A DNA stretch of 64,000 bases from Rariglobus sp. (GTDB taxonomy: Bacteria; Verrucomicrobiota; Verrucomicrobiia; Opitutales; Opitutaceae), in NCBI GenBank assembly GCA_035493815.1, contig DATJHQ010000019.1:15054-79053 (forward strand). The letters run 5' to 3'. The notes below the pieces were generated by a model that was given only the letters and a program-made list of their open reading frames with translations, was not told where the DNA came from and made no database searches. Position 1 is the first letter of the stretch. Every line of letters begins with the position of its first letter. Both the position numbers and the translations under genes were made by a program. Positions 48,531 to 59,482 of this stretch are shown piece by piece.

Positions 48531-49826
48531 TTAGCGCAGGTTGATCGGAACGTAATTACGCTGCTGCTCGCCGACGTAAATCTGACGGGGACGGTAGATC
48601 TTGAGCTTGGGATTCTGGGCGACCTCGTGCCACTGGGCGATCCAGCCCGGCATGCGACCGATGGCGAACATTACCGTGAACATGTTCAACGGAATGCCCA
48701 GCGCACGCATGATAAGACCCGAGTAGAAATCGACGTTCGGGTAGAGCTTGCGGGAGATGAAGTATTCGTCGTTGAGGGCGACCTCCTCGAGCTTCATCGC
48801 GATGTTGAGCAGAGGGTCATCCTTGATGTTGAGCGAGGCGAGGGCCTTGTAGAAGGAGGTCTTGATGATCTTGGCGCGCGGATCGTAGTTGCGGTAAACG
48901 CGGTGGCCGAAGCCCATGAGACGGTCGCCCTTGCCGGCCTTGGCGGCGGCGATGAATTTGGTGCCGTCGTCGCCGTCTTCGTGGATGTTTTTGAGCATCT
49001 CGAGCACGGCCATGTTGGCGCCGCCGTGGAGAGGGCCCCACAAGGCATTCACACCGGCGGAAACCGAGGCGAAAAGATTGGCGCCGGCCGAAGCGACCAT
49101 ACGAACGGTCGAGGTGGAGCAATTCTGCTCGTGGTCGGCGTGGAGCAGGAGGAAGAGATTCAACGCGGAGGCGACCTCGGCGGTGGGCACGTATTCGTTA
49201 TACGGCTCGGAGAACATCAGGTGCAGGAAGTTCTCGCAGTAACCGATGTTGGGACGCGGATAATTGAAGGGGAGACCGTTGTTCACCCGGAAGGAGTGGG
49301 CGGCGATGGTGCGAACCTTGGAAATGGCGATGGCGGCCGCCTCCTCGAAATGTTCGAGGTCGCGCTGGTGATTGTTGCTCGCGAGGTGCGGATAGTAGGC
49401 GCCAAGGGCGTTGATGGTGGCGGAAAGCACCGCCATCGGGTGGGCGTCGCGGGGAAAGCTCTGGATGAAACGCAGCATGCCTTCACGCAGCGGGGCGTGT
49501 TGGGTCAACAGCCGCGAAAAACGCGAGCGCTGCTCGGGCGTGGGCAATTCGCCGTGCACGACGAGGTAGGACGTTTCGACGAAGTTGGATTTCTCGGCGA
49601 GTTGCTCGATGGGATATCCGCGATAGCGCAGGATTCCCACCTCACCATCGATGTAGGTCACCTTGCTCATGCAAGAGCCGGTGTTGCCGAAACCATCATC
49701 AAAGGTGATGCAGCCGGTTTCGGCGCGAAGCTTTCCTATATCCAGACCCTTTTCCCCTTCGGAACCAGTTACGAGTGGCAGGTTAATCTCTTTGTCGTCC
49801 AGCTTTAGGGTAGCAAAATTCGCCAT
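48531..49826 (-). CDS. gltA: Citrate synthase (type II)
   Basis: Trimmed to ATG 49826 ([17 protein letters not shown]). [14 protein letters not shown] motif. Confidence 0.95.
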   Translation of the reverse strand: MANFATLKLDDKEINLPLVTGSEGEKGLDIGKLRAETGCITFDDGFGNTGSCMSKVTYIDGEVGILRYRGYPIEQLAEKSNFVETSYLVVHGELPTPEQRSRFSRLLTQHAPLREGMLRFIQSFPRDAHPMAVLSATINALGAYYPHLASNNHQRDLEHFEEAAAIAISKVRTIAAHSFRVNNGLPFNYPRPNIGYCENFLHLMFSEPYNEYVPTAEVASALNLFLLLHADHEQNCSTSTVRMVASAGANLFASVSAGVNALWGPLHGGANMAVLEMLKNIHEDGDDGTKFIAAAKAGKGDRLMGFGHRVYRNYDPRAKIIKTSFYKALASLNIKDDPLLNIAMKLEEVALNDEYFISRKLYPNVDFYSGLIMRALGIPLNMFTVMFAIGRMPGWIAQWHEVAQNPKLKIYRPRQIYVGEQQRNYVPINLR

Positions 49827-49966
49827 AGGTGAGTGAACAGAGCAAAATCCGCACCGGATGCAAAGCAAAGTCGCACCAAGAAACGTTACTTCCCGGTATC
49901 AATAAGTTCAAACGGTGGGCGAGTTTAGCAAAAGTATTGCCCCCGGCCCCACCCACCCTCGTCCGT

Positions 49967-50620
49967 TTAGATTGAAAGCGTGACGGTCGCCCCGGCCAAG
50001 GCGGCAAAATTACGGTATATCTGCAAACCCTTCGCCTGGCTTTTTTCGGGGTGAAATTGAGTCGCAAAACAGCGCCCGCGGGCGATCGCCGCAGTAAAAA
50101 CACCACCGTAATCACATTCGGCCAAAACCAGCGAGGGATCCGCCGGCACACAGTGGTAGCTGTGCACAAAATAAAAGGCCTCCCCTTCCGTCTGAAGCCC
50201 CGCCGCCAAGGGAGAGTCCGGCTGGGTGAACCGGACCGTGTTCCATCCCATATGGGGGATCTTAAACTCCGACGGACGACGGAAACGCACCACCTTGCCG
50301 GGAAAAATGCCGAGCCCCGCAATGTCTCCCTCTTCGGAAAATTCGAAAAGCGCCTGCATGCCGAGACAGACACCCAGAAACGGACGATCCGCCTTGATCC
50401 AGGAGCGCACCGTGTCTGCGAGACCGCTGGCCTTGAGGGAGGCCACGCAATCTTCCAACGCCCCGACACCCGGCAACACCAGTCCATCGGCTTTCGCCGC
50501 ATCGACGTCGGCCGGAAGATGCACGATTCGAACATCGGCACCCACGGCCTCAAGGGCTTTGGTGACGCTGCGAAGGTTGCAAATGCCGTTGTCGATCACG
50601 GCAATGACGGGAGCGGACAT
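49967..50620 (-). CDS. hisH: Imidazole glycerol phosphate synthase, glutamine amidotransferase subunit
   Basis: VIAVIDNGICNLRSV, nucleophile context GVCLGMQALF, and TQFHPEKS. Confidence 0.93.
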   Translation of the reverse strand: MSAPVIAVIDNGICNLRSVTKALEAVGADVRIVHLPADVDAAKADGLVLPGVGALEDCVASLKASGLADTVRSWIKADRPFLGVCLGMQALFEFSEEGDIAGLGIFPGKVVRFRRPSEFKIPHMGWNTVRFTQPDSPLAAGLQTEGEAFYFVHSYHCVPADPSLVLAECDYGGVFTAAIARGRCFATQFHPEKSQAKGLQIYRNFAALAGATVTLSI

Positions 50621-50629
50621 GACGACCTA

Positions 50630-51226
50630 TTAAATCTTCCCTTTGGTGGAAGGCAACTGGTCGGCCGCGCGCGGCTCGATCTGCGTGGCGGCGTCCAAGG
50701 CGCGGGCAAGTCCCTTGAAAATAGCCTCGGCGACATGGTGCGGCTCCTCGCCATAGATCAGCGAGACGTGCAGATTGGCGCCAAGCGCGTTGCTGAACGC
50801 ACGGCAAAATTCCTTCACCAGGATGATGTTGAAATCACGCACGAACTGGGTCGGCGCCTCGACTTGATAGACAAGATGCGGACGCCCGCCGATATCAACG
50901 ACGACCCGCGCAAGCGACTCGTCCATGGGCAGCAGGAAAAATCCGTAGCGTTTGATGCCGACCTTGTCGCCGAGCGCCTTTTTGAAGGCGTCGCCCAGCA
51001 CAAGACCGACATCCTCGACGGTGTGGTGATAATCAACCGCGACATCGCCCACACACTTTACGTCGAGGTTGAACAGGCCGTGCTTCGCAAACAGCGTGAG
51101 CATGTGGTCGAAAAACGGCACTCCCGTGTCGATTTTGGACGTGCCCGAGCCATCCACCGCGAGAGTAAGCGCGATGTCGGTTTCGGCGGTTTTACGCGCA
51201 AGAGTTACGGTGCGATTTTGAGCCAT
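50630..51226 (-). CDS. hisB: Imidazoleglycerol-phosphate dehydratase (monofunctional)
   Basis: 198 aa with [12 protein letters not shown] and [15 protein letters not shown] motifs. The start overlaps the hisC 3' end by 22 nt. Confidence 0.93.
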   Translation of the reverse strand: MAQNRTVTLARKTAETDIALTLAVDGSGTSKIDTGVPFFDHMLTLFAKHGLFNLDVKCVGDVAVDYHHTVEDVGLVLGDAFKKALGDKVGIKRYGFFLLPMDESLARVVVDIGGRPHLVYQVEAPTQFVRDFNIILVKEFCRAFSNALGANLHVSLIYGEEPHHVAEAIFKGLARALDAATQIEPRAADQLPSTKGKI

Positions 51227-52314
51227 GCTTCGATTGCTGAATTGACGGCGAACATCTCGTCGTCGCTGCCGACGCTGATACGCAGAAAAGAGGCGGTCAA
51301 GGCGTGGTTGGGGAACGCCCGCACGAGAATCTTGCGCGCAAGCAGGAACTCATAGAGCGATTTGGCGACCGCCGGACCGCTTTCGCCACGCTCGTTTTTA
51401 GGCTCCGTGAAGATGAAATTGCTCTGGGATTCGTAGGTAAACCAGCCGAGCTTCCCCGCCCATTCACTCAGCCAGTAGTCACGCGTGCGGATGATCTTTC
51501 CGATAATGGCATCGTAGTAACCGGGATCGTCCAGCGCGGCCGAGGCGGCGGCCTGCGAGAGCCGATTGACATTATAGCTGTCGCGCACGCGGTCGAGCAG
51601 GTCGATCACATCAGCATGCGCAAGCGCGTAGCCGACACGAATGCCGGCGAGCGCGTGCGCCTTGGACAGCGTGCGCGTGATGACGAGATTGGGATGTTTC
51701 GCAAGGAGCGGCACGGCGTTTTCCCTGGAGAAAGGCGCGTAGGCTTCATCCACCACAAGCACGCCGGAAAACCGTGCCAGCAAATCCGAGAGCTCCACGT
51801 TGGTAAAGGCTACACCGGTGGGCGCATTGGGCGACGTGAGGAAAAACGCGCGGGCGCCGGACACGGCAATCTTTTCGAGGGGCAGTTTCATCGAGCGATC
51901 GAACTCGATCACGTTCGTCGCCCCGTCATTGATGGCGACGAGCACGGGATAAAGCGAATAGCTCGGCACGGTAAACCCGGTCGCGGACGCAGGTCCGCCG
52001 AAGACGCGGACAAGAAGATTAAGCACGTCGTCGGAGCCGTTTCCGATGAGGACATTTTCCTCGCGCACGCCGTGAATCGCCGCGATCTGGCGGCGAAGCG
52101 GAGTGCTCTTGGGATTCGGATAGAGACGCAGCGGCTCACCGTCGGACTCGGGGCCGAGCTCGCGGCGAATGGCCTCGGCCACCCGAGGACTCGGTCCATA
52201 GGGACATTCGTTGGTGTTGAGCTTTATCCAGCCGGGTTCGGTCGGCTGAAGGCCGGGCGTGTAAGCATGAAGCTTCGCCACATGCGGGAGCGCGAGTGAG
52301 AGAATATCGGCCAT
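51205..52314 (-). CDS. hisC: Histidinol-phosphate aminotransferase
   Basis: 369 aa. PLP-lysine context [17 protein letters not shown], and NPNAPTG-type motif SPNAPTG. Confidence 0.9.
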   Translation of the reverse strand: MADILSLALPHVAKLHAYTPGLQPTEPGWIKLNTNECPYGPSPRVAEAIRRELGPESDGEPLRLYPNPKSTPLRRQIAAIHGVREENVLIGNGSDDVLNLLVRVFGGPASATGFTVPSYSLYPVLVAINDGATNVIEFDRSMKLPLEKIAVSGARAFFLTSPNAPTGVAFTNVELSDLLARFSGVLVVDEAYAPFSRENAVPLLAKHPNLVITRTLSKAHALAGIRVGYALAHADVIDLLDRVRDSYNVNRLSQAAASAALDDPGYYDAIIGKIIRTRDYWLSEWAGKLGWFTYESQSNFIFTEPKNERGESGPAVAKSLYEFLLARKILVRAFPNHALTASFLRISVGSDDEMFAVNSAIEAWLKIAP

Positions 52315-52340
52315 GGGGATAGTGTAAAACCGCGCGTAGA

Positions 52341-53636
52341 TTAAAGCGCGCGAATCTTCACCGAACGGCCATGGGCGTCCAGTTTCTCCATTGCGGCAAA
52401 GGCGGAAACAACGGGTTCACCCTTCTTCACGCCGGCCTTGTCGTAGCGAATGATACTCGTGCGACGCATGAAATCAGCCACCCGCAGCCCGCTGAAAAAA
52501 CGGCCGGCGCGACCGGTCGGCAACACGTGGCTGGGCCCGGCCGTAAAATCGCCAAGCGCGGTCGGCGTGTAATTGCCCAGCATGATCGCCCCCGCCGTGG
52601 TGATGTCGCGAAGAAGGACCTTGTGCGCCGAGTCTTTGACGAGCAGCTCGAGATGCTCGGGCGCGACGTAGTTGGCGATCTTAACGGCTTCGGAAAGAGT
52701 CTTCACCTCGACGGCAAGAAATCCATTCGTGAGCACGCGCTGGGTTTTTTCCGAGCGGGAGATCAGCTTCAGCTGCGCCTGCACCTCGGCCTGGATGTCG
52801 TGAAGAATCTTCGCGGATGTAGCGACGAGATAGATTTTTTCGCGGCCGGAACCGTGCTCGGCCTGGGCCAGCAAATCGGCGGCGGCAAAATCAACGCGGG
52901 CCGTTTCATCGGCAATGATCATGACCTCGCTTGGACCGGGCAGTGAATCGACGCCAACCGTGCCGAAAACCTGACGCTTGGCTTCACACACGTAGGCATT
53001 GCCGGGCCCGAAGACCTTGTCCACGGCGGGGACCGTGAGCGTGCCGAAGGCGGCGGCGCCGATGGCCTGCACGCCACCAATGCGGTAAACCTCGTCGATG
53101 CCGACTAGGTCGAGCGCGGCGAGAAGGCCGTCGGCGATTTTACCCTGCGGATTTGAAGGGGTGAAAACGGCGATCTCGGGACAGCCCGCGATTTTGGCGA
53201 GCGTGGCCGTCATGAGCACGGTCGAGACGAGCGGCACTTCGCCCCCGGGCACGTAAAGGCCCACGCGGCGGATCGGATGATTGATCTCCCCCACTTCGGC
53301 GCCGTGCTTGTTTTTGCCGAGCCAGTCCTTGGGAAGGCTCTGCTTGTTGAAGGCGACTATGTTTTCGTGGGCGGCCACGAGGGCCTTGCGCTCGGCGGCG
53401 GGCAGGCGTTTGACGGCGGCCTCAAACTCGGCCGGCTTTACGCGGAAGTCGCGCGCGCGCAGCTTCGCGCCGTCAAACTTGGCCGCGTAATAGGCCACGG
53501 CCTCATCACCACGTTGATGCACATCAGCGAGGATCGCAGAGACGGCATCTTCAATTTCCTTTGGCACGGCGGCGCCGCGACAAAAGTCAGCCAGTTCAGA
53601 GTCGAAGGATTTGGAAGCAAACTGAAGGGTTCGCAC
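52341..53636 (-). CDS. hisD: Histidinol dehydrogenase
   Basis: 431 aa with LLAQAEHGS and APEHLEL motifs. GTG start. Confidence 0.93.
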   Translation of the reverse strand: MRTLQFASKSFDSELADFCRGAAVPKEIEDAVSAILADVHQRGDEAVAYYAAKFDGAKLRARDFRVKPAEFEAAVKRLPAAERKALVAAHENIVAFNKQSLPKDWLGKNKHGAEVGEINHPIRRVGLYVPGGEVPLVSTVLMTATLAKIAGCPEIAVFTPSNPQGKIADGLLAALDLVGIDEVYRIGGVQAIGAAAFGTLTVPAVDKVFGPGNAYVCEAKRQVFGTVGVDSLPGPSEVMIIADETARVDFAAADLLAQAEHGSGREKIYLVATSAKILHDIQAEVQAQLKLISRSEKTQRVLTNGFLAVEVKTLSEAVKIANYVAPEHLELLVKDSAHKVLLRDITTAGAIMLGNYTPTALGDFTAGPSHVLPTGRAGRFFSGLRVADFMRRTSIIRYDKAGVKKGEPVVSAFAAMEKLDAHGRSVKIRAL

Positions 53637-53758
53637 GGTTAGACAGATAGTCGGAAAGAGCTACCGGAACCCCGTAAAAGGCGCGAGACGGAAATCCATT
53701 TTCCCTTCAATTAACCCGCGGCCAAATGCAGGGCCAAAGCCAAGGATTATCGCCAACC

Positions 53759-54523
53759 TCAATGCTCCATGAACGGCACCGCGAAAAGGCTGTCGGCAAA
53801 GGTCTCGTTGACCGTTATCCTATCGAAGACAATGGTAACGGTGCGCGTCGTTCCATTGGGCAACTTATTTTCAGTAATTATTTTGCGCGGAAATTTAATC
53901 CCCTCGACCGCCATGTCATCCCGTTCCCGGATGCGCACGCCATTTTCGGTTTCGGTGAGCATGAGCCGACCGGTCTTCGCGTCGAAATAACGATAGAAGA
54001 CGATATTGTCGCCATGATCGAAGCATAGCTTCCGGCAAGTGACACCATCGATATCCGCCGCCCCCAAGTCCTCGATCCTGCCGCCAACACGGCCAATCCC
54101 ACTGTAAAAGAAGAGGTTTTCCCAAGCGTTGGCGCGAAGCCGCTCGATCTGCTCCTTGGAAAGAAGTGTCATGCGCCAGCGGGCAGAATCCTTGGGGTCC
54201 TGCTCCCGCTGCCAGCCATCGTAGTCATCCAAGGCGGTGATCTCGATCTTGTCGGCCGATGTTGCAACAATTCGCTGCTGACTGGGTTTCTGGAAGATGA
54301 TCTCGATGGCGACCTTCACCCCGGTCGGCTGCCCTTTCTCATCCGTTCCCGTGGTTTCAAGGGTGCCCGTGTAGTGCACGGACCGAAGCGCATTGAGCGC
54401 AGCCTCGCTCCCCACCGCCGCCCGGGCTTTCGCAATCACCGAATCCACGTCAGAAGCGCGAAGCCCAAAAGGCAGCGCGAGCATGAAGGCGGTGATCAAC
54501 AAAAAACGGAGCGGAGAACTCAT
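53759..54523 (-). CDS. Secreted LolA-like / outer-membrane lipoprotein-sorting-family protein (putative)
   Basis: Trimmed to ATG 54523 (signal peptide MSSPLRFLLITAFMLALPFGLRA). Beta-rich, about 230-aa mature protein. The family assignment rests on overall sequence character only. Confidence 0.45.
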   Translation of the reverse strand: MSSPLRFLLITAFMLALPFGLRASDVDSVIAKARAAVGSEAALNALRSVHYTGTLETTGTDEKGQPTGVKVAIEIIFQKPSQQRIVATSADKIEITALDDYDGWQREQDPKDSARWRMTLLSKEQIERLRANAWENLFFYSGIGRVGGRIEDLGAADIDGVTCRKLCFDHGDNIVFYRYFDAKTGRLMLTETENGVRIRERDDMAVEGIKFPRKIITENKLPNGTTRTVTIVFDRITVNETFADSLFAVPFMEH

Positions 54524-54540
54524 GGGGTATCGGGGTTGAA

Positions 54541-56082
54541 TCACTCCCACTCAATGGTGGCGGGAGGCTTGGAGCTGATGTCGAGGACGACGCGGCTCAC
54601 ACCACGGACTTCATTGGTGATGCGATTGCTGATTTTCTGGAGCAGATCGTAGGGCAGACGCGTCCAATCGGCGGTCATCGCATCGATACTTTCCACGATG
54701 CGCAGGCCGATCACGTAGGAGTAGTTGCGCTCGTCGCCGACCACGCCGACCGACTTGACCGGGATAAAGACTGCAAACGACTGCCAGACTTTCCAATACC
54801 AGCCGTTGTCCATCATCTCCTCCTGCAGGATGAAATCGGCGTTGCGAAGGATTTCGAGCCGCTCCTTGGTGATCTCACCGACGACGCGCACACCGAGGCC
54901 TGGACCGGGGAACGGCTGGCGCCAGACAACTTCCTTCGGCAAACCACAGGCCGTGCCGACCGCGCGAACCTCGTCCTTAAAGAGCTCACGGAGCGGTTCG
55001 AGGAGCTTGAGCTTCATACGCTCGGGCAGGCCGCCTACGTTGTGGTGTGACTTGATCAGGGCAGCCGGATTGTTGCCGATGGCCACGCTCTCAATCACGT
55101 CGGGATACAGGGTGCCCTGCGCGAGGTAATCCGCGCCGCCGATCGACTTGAGGGATTTTTCGAAAACTTCCACGAAGGTGCGTCCGATGATTTTGCGTTT
55201 TTGCTCGGGATCGGTGATGCCCTTGAGCCGGCGAAGGAAAAGCGCCGATGCATCCACGACACGGACGTCGATCTTGAAGTTCCGCGCGTAGAGCGATTCG
55301 ACGACCTCGCGCTCGCCCTTGCGAAGGAGACCATTGTCAACGAACACACAGGTGAGCTGCTTGCCGATGGCCTTGTGAATGAGCGCGGCGGCAACGGAGG
55401 AATCGACGCCGCCCGAAAGACCGAGAAGCACGCGGGATTTTTTGCCGACGGTGGCGCGGATATCAGCGACCGCGCGGTTGATAAAATCATCGGTCGTCCA
55501 ATCCTGCTTCGCCTTGCACACGCCGACGAGAAAATTGCGAAGAACATCGGTGCCACGCTCGCTATGGAACACCTCCGGGTGAAACTGGATGCCGTAGAAA
55601 TTGCGATTCGCATCCTCGATCACCGCATACTCGGAGTTGTCCGTCGTGCCGATGGCGCTGAAACCGGGAGGGAGCTTGATGAGGCGGTCGCCGTGGGAAT
55701 TCCAAACAGTGAGCTTCTTGGGAAGTTTGGCGAAGAGGCGGCCGGGCTTCTTGATGGTCAGCACGCCGTGGCCGTATTCGCGGTGGTCGCTTTTGGACAC
55801 TTCACCGCCGAGCAGATGCCCCATAAGCTGGATGCCGTAGCAAATACCGAGAATCGGCAGGCCGAGCGTAAACAGCGCCTTGTCCGGAATCGGTGCTTTT
55901 TTTGAAAACACCGAACTGGGTCCGCCGGAAAGGATGATGCCGACCACGCCGTCCTTCTGCAGCTCTGCGATGGTGACGGTGTGGTGATAGATCTTCGAGT
56001 AGACTTGGCACTCGCGAATGCGACGCGCGATGATCTGCGTATATTGCGAACCGAAGTCGATGACGGCGATGGTCTGTGACAT
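54541..56082 (-). CDS. guaA: GMP synthase (glutamine-hydrolysing)
   Basis: Trimmed to ATG 56082 ([21 protein letters not shown]). GICYGIQLM nucleophile, PP-loop [10 protein letters not shown], and C-terminal PPATIEWE. Confidence 0.96.
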   Translation of the reverse strand: MSQTIAVIDFGSQYTQIIARRIRECQVYSKIYHHTVTIAELQKDGVVGIILSGGPSSVFSKKAPIPDKALFTLGLPILGICYGIQLMGHLLGGEVSKSDHREYGHGVLTIKKPGRLFAKLPKKLTVWNSHGDRLIKLPPGFSAIGTTDNSEYAVIEDANRNFYGIQFHPEVFHSERGTDVLRNFLVGVCKAKQDWTTDDFINRAVADIRATVGKKSRVLLGLSGGVDSSVAAALIHKAIGKQLTCVFVDNGLLRKGEREVVESLYARNFKIDVRVVDASALFLRRLKGITDPEQKRKIIGRTFVEVFEKSLKSIGGADYLAQGTLYPDVIESVAIGNNPAALIKSHHNVGGLPERMKLKLLEPLRELFKDEVRAVGTACGLPKEVVWRQPFPGPGLGVRVVGEITKERLEILRNADFILQEEMMDNGWYWKVWQSFAVFIPVKSVGVVGDERNYSYVIGLRIVESIDAMTADWTRLPYDLLQKISNRITNEVRGVSRVVLDISSKPPATIEWE

Positions 56083-56185
56083 GAAGAAAGTGGGGGCCAA
56101 AGGCGCGGATTGAACGTGAATTAAAGCAGGAAAAGTGCGCGACCGGAGCGCCGGGTGTCAATGCAACGGGACTCCCCCAGCCCCG

Positions 56186-56410
56186 TTAAAATTTGAGCCG
56201 GGCGTTTTCCTGCCCGCAATGCGGACAAGTCCCGTAATCGAGCACGCCTTGCGCGGCATACAGGTGCTCGCAGCGCTGGCAGCGAAAGGTGGTCTTGCGC
56301 CGCTCCTGCTCGAAGCGGGCGTGGTCGCGGTGATCGTAAAAAAGCCACATGCCAAGAAACACCGCCGCAACGAGCAGGCAGTAAATGAGAGCAGAGACTT
56401 GGAGTGCCAT
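56186..56410 (-). CDS. Small membrane-anchored zinc-ribbon protein, function unknown
   Basis: 74 aa. An N-terminal TM helix (ALIYCLLVAAVFLGMWLFY), then CQRC...14 aa...CPHC. Confidence 0.5.
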   Translation of the reverse strand: MALQVSALIYCLLVAAVFLGMWLFYDHRDHARFEQERRKTTFRCQRCEHLYAAQGVLDYGTCPHCGQENARLKF

Positions 56411-56501
56411 GGTATTGATTCAGAAAGGCAAGCGATGGAGACGAGGGCCAGCGAAGAATGCCGAGGATTATTCCGGATGCGGCCCATTTGTGCAGGCCCT
56501 G

Positions 56502-56541
56502 CAAAAACAAAAAACGCGCCGAAGAAAAACTTCGGCGCGTT
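56502..56541 (-). terminator. Rho-independent terminator after rplQ
   Basis: AACGCGCCGAAG-AAAAA-CTTCGGCGCGTT. On the minus strand it is followed by TTTTGTTTTTG; 43 nt after the rplQ stop. Confidence 0.85.
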
Positions 56542-56583
56542 TGTAAACGTGAGACAAGCGCCGGGGCGCTTCGCTACGTTGTA

Positions 56584-57075
56584 TCAGGCTTGGGCTTCGG
56601 GAGCGGCGGCCTCGGCGGCGGGAGCCGCTTCGGTCTTGGCGGAAGCTTTCTTGGCCTTGGAGGACTTTTTGGTCTTCTTGTAGCCAGGATCGTCGGCCTT
56701 CACGAACTCGATGAACGCCATTTCGGCGGCATCGCTGATGCGGGGAAGCGCGAGCTTGTAGATACGGGTGTAACCGCCGGTGCGGTTGACGAATTCCTTG
56801 TATTTCTCGTTGAAGAGAAGCGTGACGGCATCTTCATCGCGCACGACCTTGAGGGCGAGGCGGCGGAGATGGACGGCATCCTTCTTTTCGGTCTTGGCCG
56901 CGGCCTGCTTGGCCTTGGTGATGACCTTCTCAATGAAAGGGCGAAGGGCCTTGGCCTTGGCCAGGGTCGTCTCGATACGGTCGTGCTTGATGAGCGAGGC
57001 GGCCATGTTGGACAACATGGCGGCGCGGTGCTCGATGGTCACTCCGAGGGAGTGGCGGTGCTTGTTATGGCGCAT
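56584..57075 (-). CDS. rplQ: 50S ribosomal protein L17 (with a Lys/Ala-rich C-terminal tail)
   Basis: MRHNKHRHSLGVTIEHRAAML...GGYTRIYKL core, and the tail KKTKKSSKAKKASAKTEAAPAAEAAAPEAQA. Confidence 0.95.
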   Translation of the reverse strand: MRHNKHRHSLGVTIEHRAAMLSNMAASLIKHDRIETTLAKAKALRPFIEKVITKAKQAAAKTEKKDAVHLRRLALKVVRDEDAVTLLFNEKYKEFVNRTGGYTRIYKLALPRISDAAEMAFIEFVKADDPGYKKTKKSSKAKKASAKTEAAPAAEAAAPEAQA

Positions 57076-57168
57076 TGGTGTGTTTGGTTAAAGCGGCGCC
57101 CGATCGGCAATCCGGTCGCAGCGTTGGGCGACACGGACGGCGCGAGCGCCGCAAAGGTGTTAAAAAAC

Positions 57169-58176
57169 TCAGGCGTCTTTCTTCGCGGCGTCGAGGAGGC
57201 GCTCGTCGAACTTCATGCCAAGCGAGAGACCGAGGGCCTCGAGCTTGTCCTTGATTTCGTTGAGCGACTTCTTGCCGAAGTTGCGATACTTGAGCATCTC
57301 CTGCTCGGTCTTCATCGCCAGCTCGCCAACGGTCGTGATATTGGCGTTGTTGAGACAGTTGGCGGCGCGGACGGAGAGTTCGATTTCGTTGACCGACATG
57401 TTGAGGAGCTTGCGGAGCTTGTTCTGCTCTTCGCTGACCTCGGACTGCTGGTTTTCGAACTCGTAGGCCTCGTCGCTCACGCGGTCGAAGACGTCGAGAT
57501 GGTGCTTCAGGATCGAGCCGGACTGCTTGAGGGCATCGTCCGGATTGATGCGTCCGTCCGTCCAGATCTCGAGGATGAGCTTGTCATAATCGGTGATCTG
57601 GCCGACGCGGGTGTTCTCGACGGCATACTTGACGAGACGGACAGGTGAGAAAAGCGAGTCGATCGGGATTACGCCGATGGCCTGTTCTTCCTTCTTGTTC
57701 TGCTCGCCGGGATAGTAGCCGCGGCCGGTCTTGATCTCGACTTCAGCCTCGAAGGAGGCGCCCTTTTCGAGGGTGGCGATGACCTGGTCGGGATTGACGA
57801 TGGTGATGCTGGCGTCGGCCTGAATGTCGGCGGCGGTGACGGCACCCTCGCGATTTTTCACCTTGATGGACAGGGTGAGAGCTTCGCGCTTCTGGGAGAC
57901 GATCAGGATTTTCTTAAGGTTGAGGACGATGTCGGTGACGTCTTCGACGACGCCATCGATGCTCTGGAACTCGTGCTGAACTCCCTCGATCTTGATCGAG
58001 GAAATGGCGGAGCCTTCGATGGAGCTCAGCAGCACGCGGCGGAGGGAGTTGCCGATCGTGTGGCCATAACCGGCCTCGAAAGGCTCGGCGATGAACTTGG
58101 CGTAGGTCGGCGTGGCACCTTCCTCGACCTTGGTGAGTTTATTGGGCAGTTCGAACTTTCCGAGGCGTTTGGGCAT
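57169..58176 (-). CDS. rpoA: DNA-directed RNA polymerase subunit alpha
   Basis: 335 aa. GYGHTIGNSLRRVLLSS N-terminal domain and a C-terminal domain with ELSVRAANCL. Confidence 0.97.
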   Translation of the reverse strand: MPKRLGKFELPNKLTKVEEGATPTYAKFIAEPFEAGYGHTIGNSLRRVLLSSIEGSAISSIKIEGVQHEFQSIDGVVEDVTDIVLNLKKILIVSQKREALTLSIKVKNREGAVTAADIQADASITIVNPDQVIATLEKGASFEAEVEIKTGRGYYPGEQNKKEEQAIGVIPIDSLFSPVRLVKYAVENTRVGQITDYDKLILEIWTDGRINPDDALKQSGSILKHHLDVFDRVSDEAYEFENQQSEVSEEQNKLRKLLNMSVNEIELSVRAANCLNNANITTVGELAMKTEQEMLKYRNFGKKSLNEIKDKLEALGLSLGMKFDERLLDAAKKDA

Positions 58177-58212
58177 GGAGGTGATTGATTGCGGTTAAAA
58201 TGGATCTCCGGC

Positions 58213-58824
58213 TTAGAAGCGGGAGTAGAACTCAACGATGAGCTGCTCGTTGATGTCAGCAGCAATCTCGTCGCGGTTGGGCAGACGGGTGACGACGGCC
58301 TTGAACTGCTCGGCATTGAGGGTGAGCCAGCCCGGGACGGGGCGGGCGCGGTTCTCTTCCAGATTGCGCTGGGCGAGCTGGCGGGAGGAGGCGAGATTCT
58401 TGATCTCGATCTCTTCGCCGGCCTTGGTGGCGTAGCTGGCGATGTCGACCTTATGGCCGTTGACACGCACGTGGCCGTGACCGACGAGCTGGCGGGCGGC
58501 CGCGCGGCTCTTGGCGAAACCAAGGAGGTAGATCACGCTGTCGAGACGGGTCTCAAGGAGCTGAAGGAAGCGTTCGCCGGTGACGCCGCGCTCGCTCTTG
58601 GCGATCTCGAAGGTGCGGCGGAACTGACGCTCAAGCAGACCGTAGGTGTAACGGAGCTTCTGCTTTTCGTTCAGGCCGACGGCATACTCGGAGAGTTTGC
58701 GACGGAGCTTGGGGCCGTGCTGGCCGGGAGGAAAGTTGCGTTTTTCAAACGCCTTGGTCGCGCCGAAAATCGGCTGACCGAAACGGCGGCTGATGCGGGT
58801 GGTAGGACCGGTGTAACGAGCCAT
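58213..58824 (-). CDS. rpsD: 30S ribosomal protein S4
   Basis: MARYTGPTTRISRRFG...YGLLERQFRRTF, plus the S4 RNA-binding domain. Confidence 0.97.
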   Translation of the reverse strand: MARYTGPTTRISRRFGQPIFGATKAFEKRNFPPGQHGPKLRRKLSEYAVGLNEKQKLRYTYGLLERQFRRTFEIAKSERGVTGERFLQLLETRLDSVIYLLGFAKSRAAARQLVGHGHVRVNGHKVDIASYATKAGEEIEIKNLASSRQLAQRNLEENRARPVPGWLTLNAEQFKAVVTRLPNRDEIAADINEQLIVEFYSRF

Positions 58825-58867
58825 GGTGGGTTACTTTTGTTTAAGTTGGATTGAGCGACGCGACGGA

Positions 58868-59473
58868 TTAGACGCGACGGCGTTTGCGGGGACGGCAGCC
58901 GTTGTGCGGCACCGGCGTAACGTCGATGATGGTGGAGATCTCAAGGCCGATGGCCTGGAGAGCGCGGATCGCGCTGTCACGACCGAGACCGGGACCGGAA
59001 ACCTTGATGACGACGTCCTTAAGGCCGTGCGACATGGCGTTGCGGGCGGCGTCTTGAGCGACGACCTGGGCGGCGTAGGCGGTGGACTTGCGTGAACCGC
59101 GGAAGTTGCACTTGCCGGCGCTGGACCAGGCGATGACAGCACCCTTGCCGTCAGTGATCGAGACGATCGTGTTATTGAAAGAGGCGAGGATGTTGGCGAC
59201 GCCGGAAGTGACGTTCTTGGAGCCCTTGGCCTTGCGGATCTTGATCGTGCCGAGCTCTTCCTTGAGGAGGTCTTCGGCGGTGGGTTGCTTGGCAACACCA
59301 CCGACGAGCTCGACGGGTTTTTCGGGAGCGGCGGGAGCGGACGCTTCGGTGCCTTCAGCCTTCGGGGCCTTGGGGGCCTTTGCAGGCTTTTCAGCAGCAG
59401 CGGTGACCTCGGCGCCAGCAACAGCGGGCTTCGGGGTTTTCTCTTTCTTGGGAGCGGATTTTTCTTCGGCCAT
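58868..59473 (-). CDS. rpsK: 30S ribosomal protein S11 (with a ~70-aa Lys/Ala/Pro-rich N-terminal extension)
   Basis: Core [28 protein letters not shown]...[16 protein letters not shown]. The ATG lies 9 nt after the rpsM stop, so the extension is encoded within the operon spacing. Confidence 0.93.
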   Translation of the reverse strand: MAEEKSAPKKEKTPKPAVAGAEVTAAAEKPAKAPKAPKAEGTEASAPAAPEKPVELVGGVAKQPTAEDLLKEELGTIKIRKAKGSKNVTSGVANILASFNNTIVSITDGKGAVIAWSSAGKCNFRGSRKSTAYAAQVVAQDAARNAMSHGLKDVVIKVSGPGLGRDSAIRALQAIGLEISTIIDVTPVPHNGCRPRKRRRV

Positions 59474-59482
59474 GACTTTAAA

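Noticed and set aside
48627-51355. Plus-strand ORFs 48627-49808 and 50051-51355 opposite gltA and hisH/hisB.
   Set aside because: Antisense artefacts. gltA and the his genes are unambiguous.
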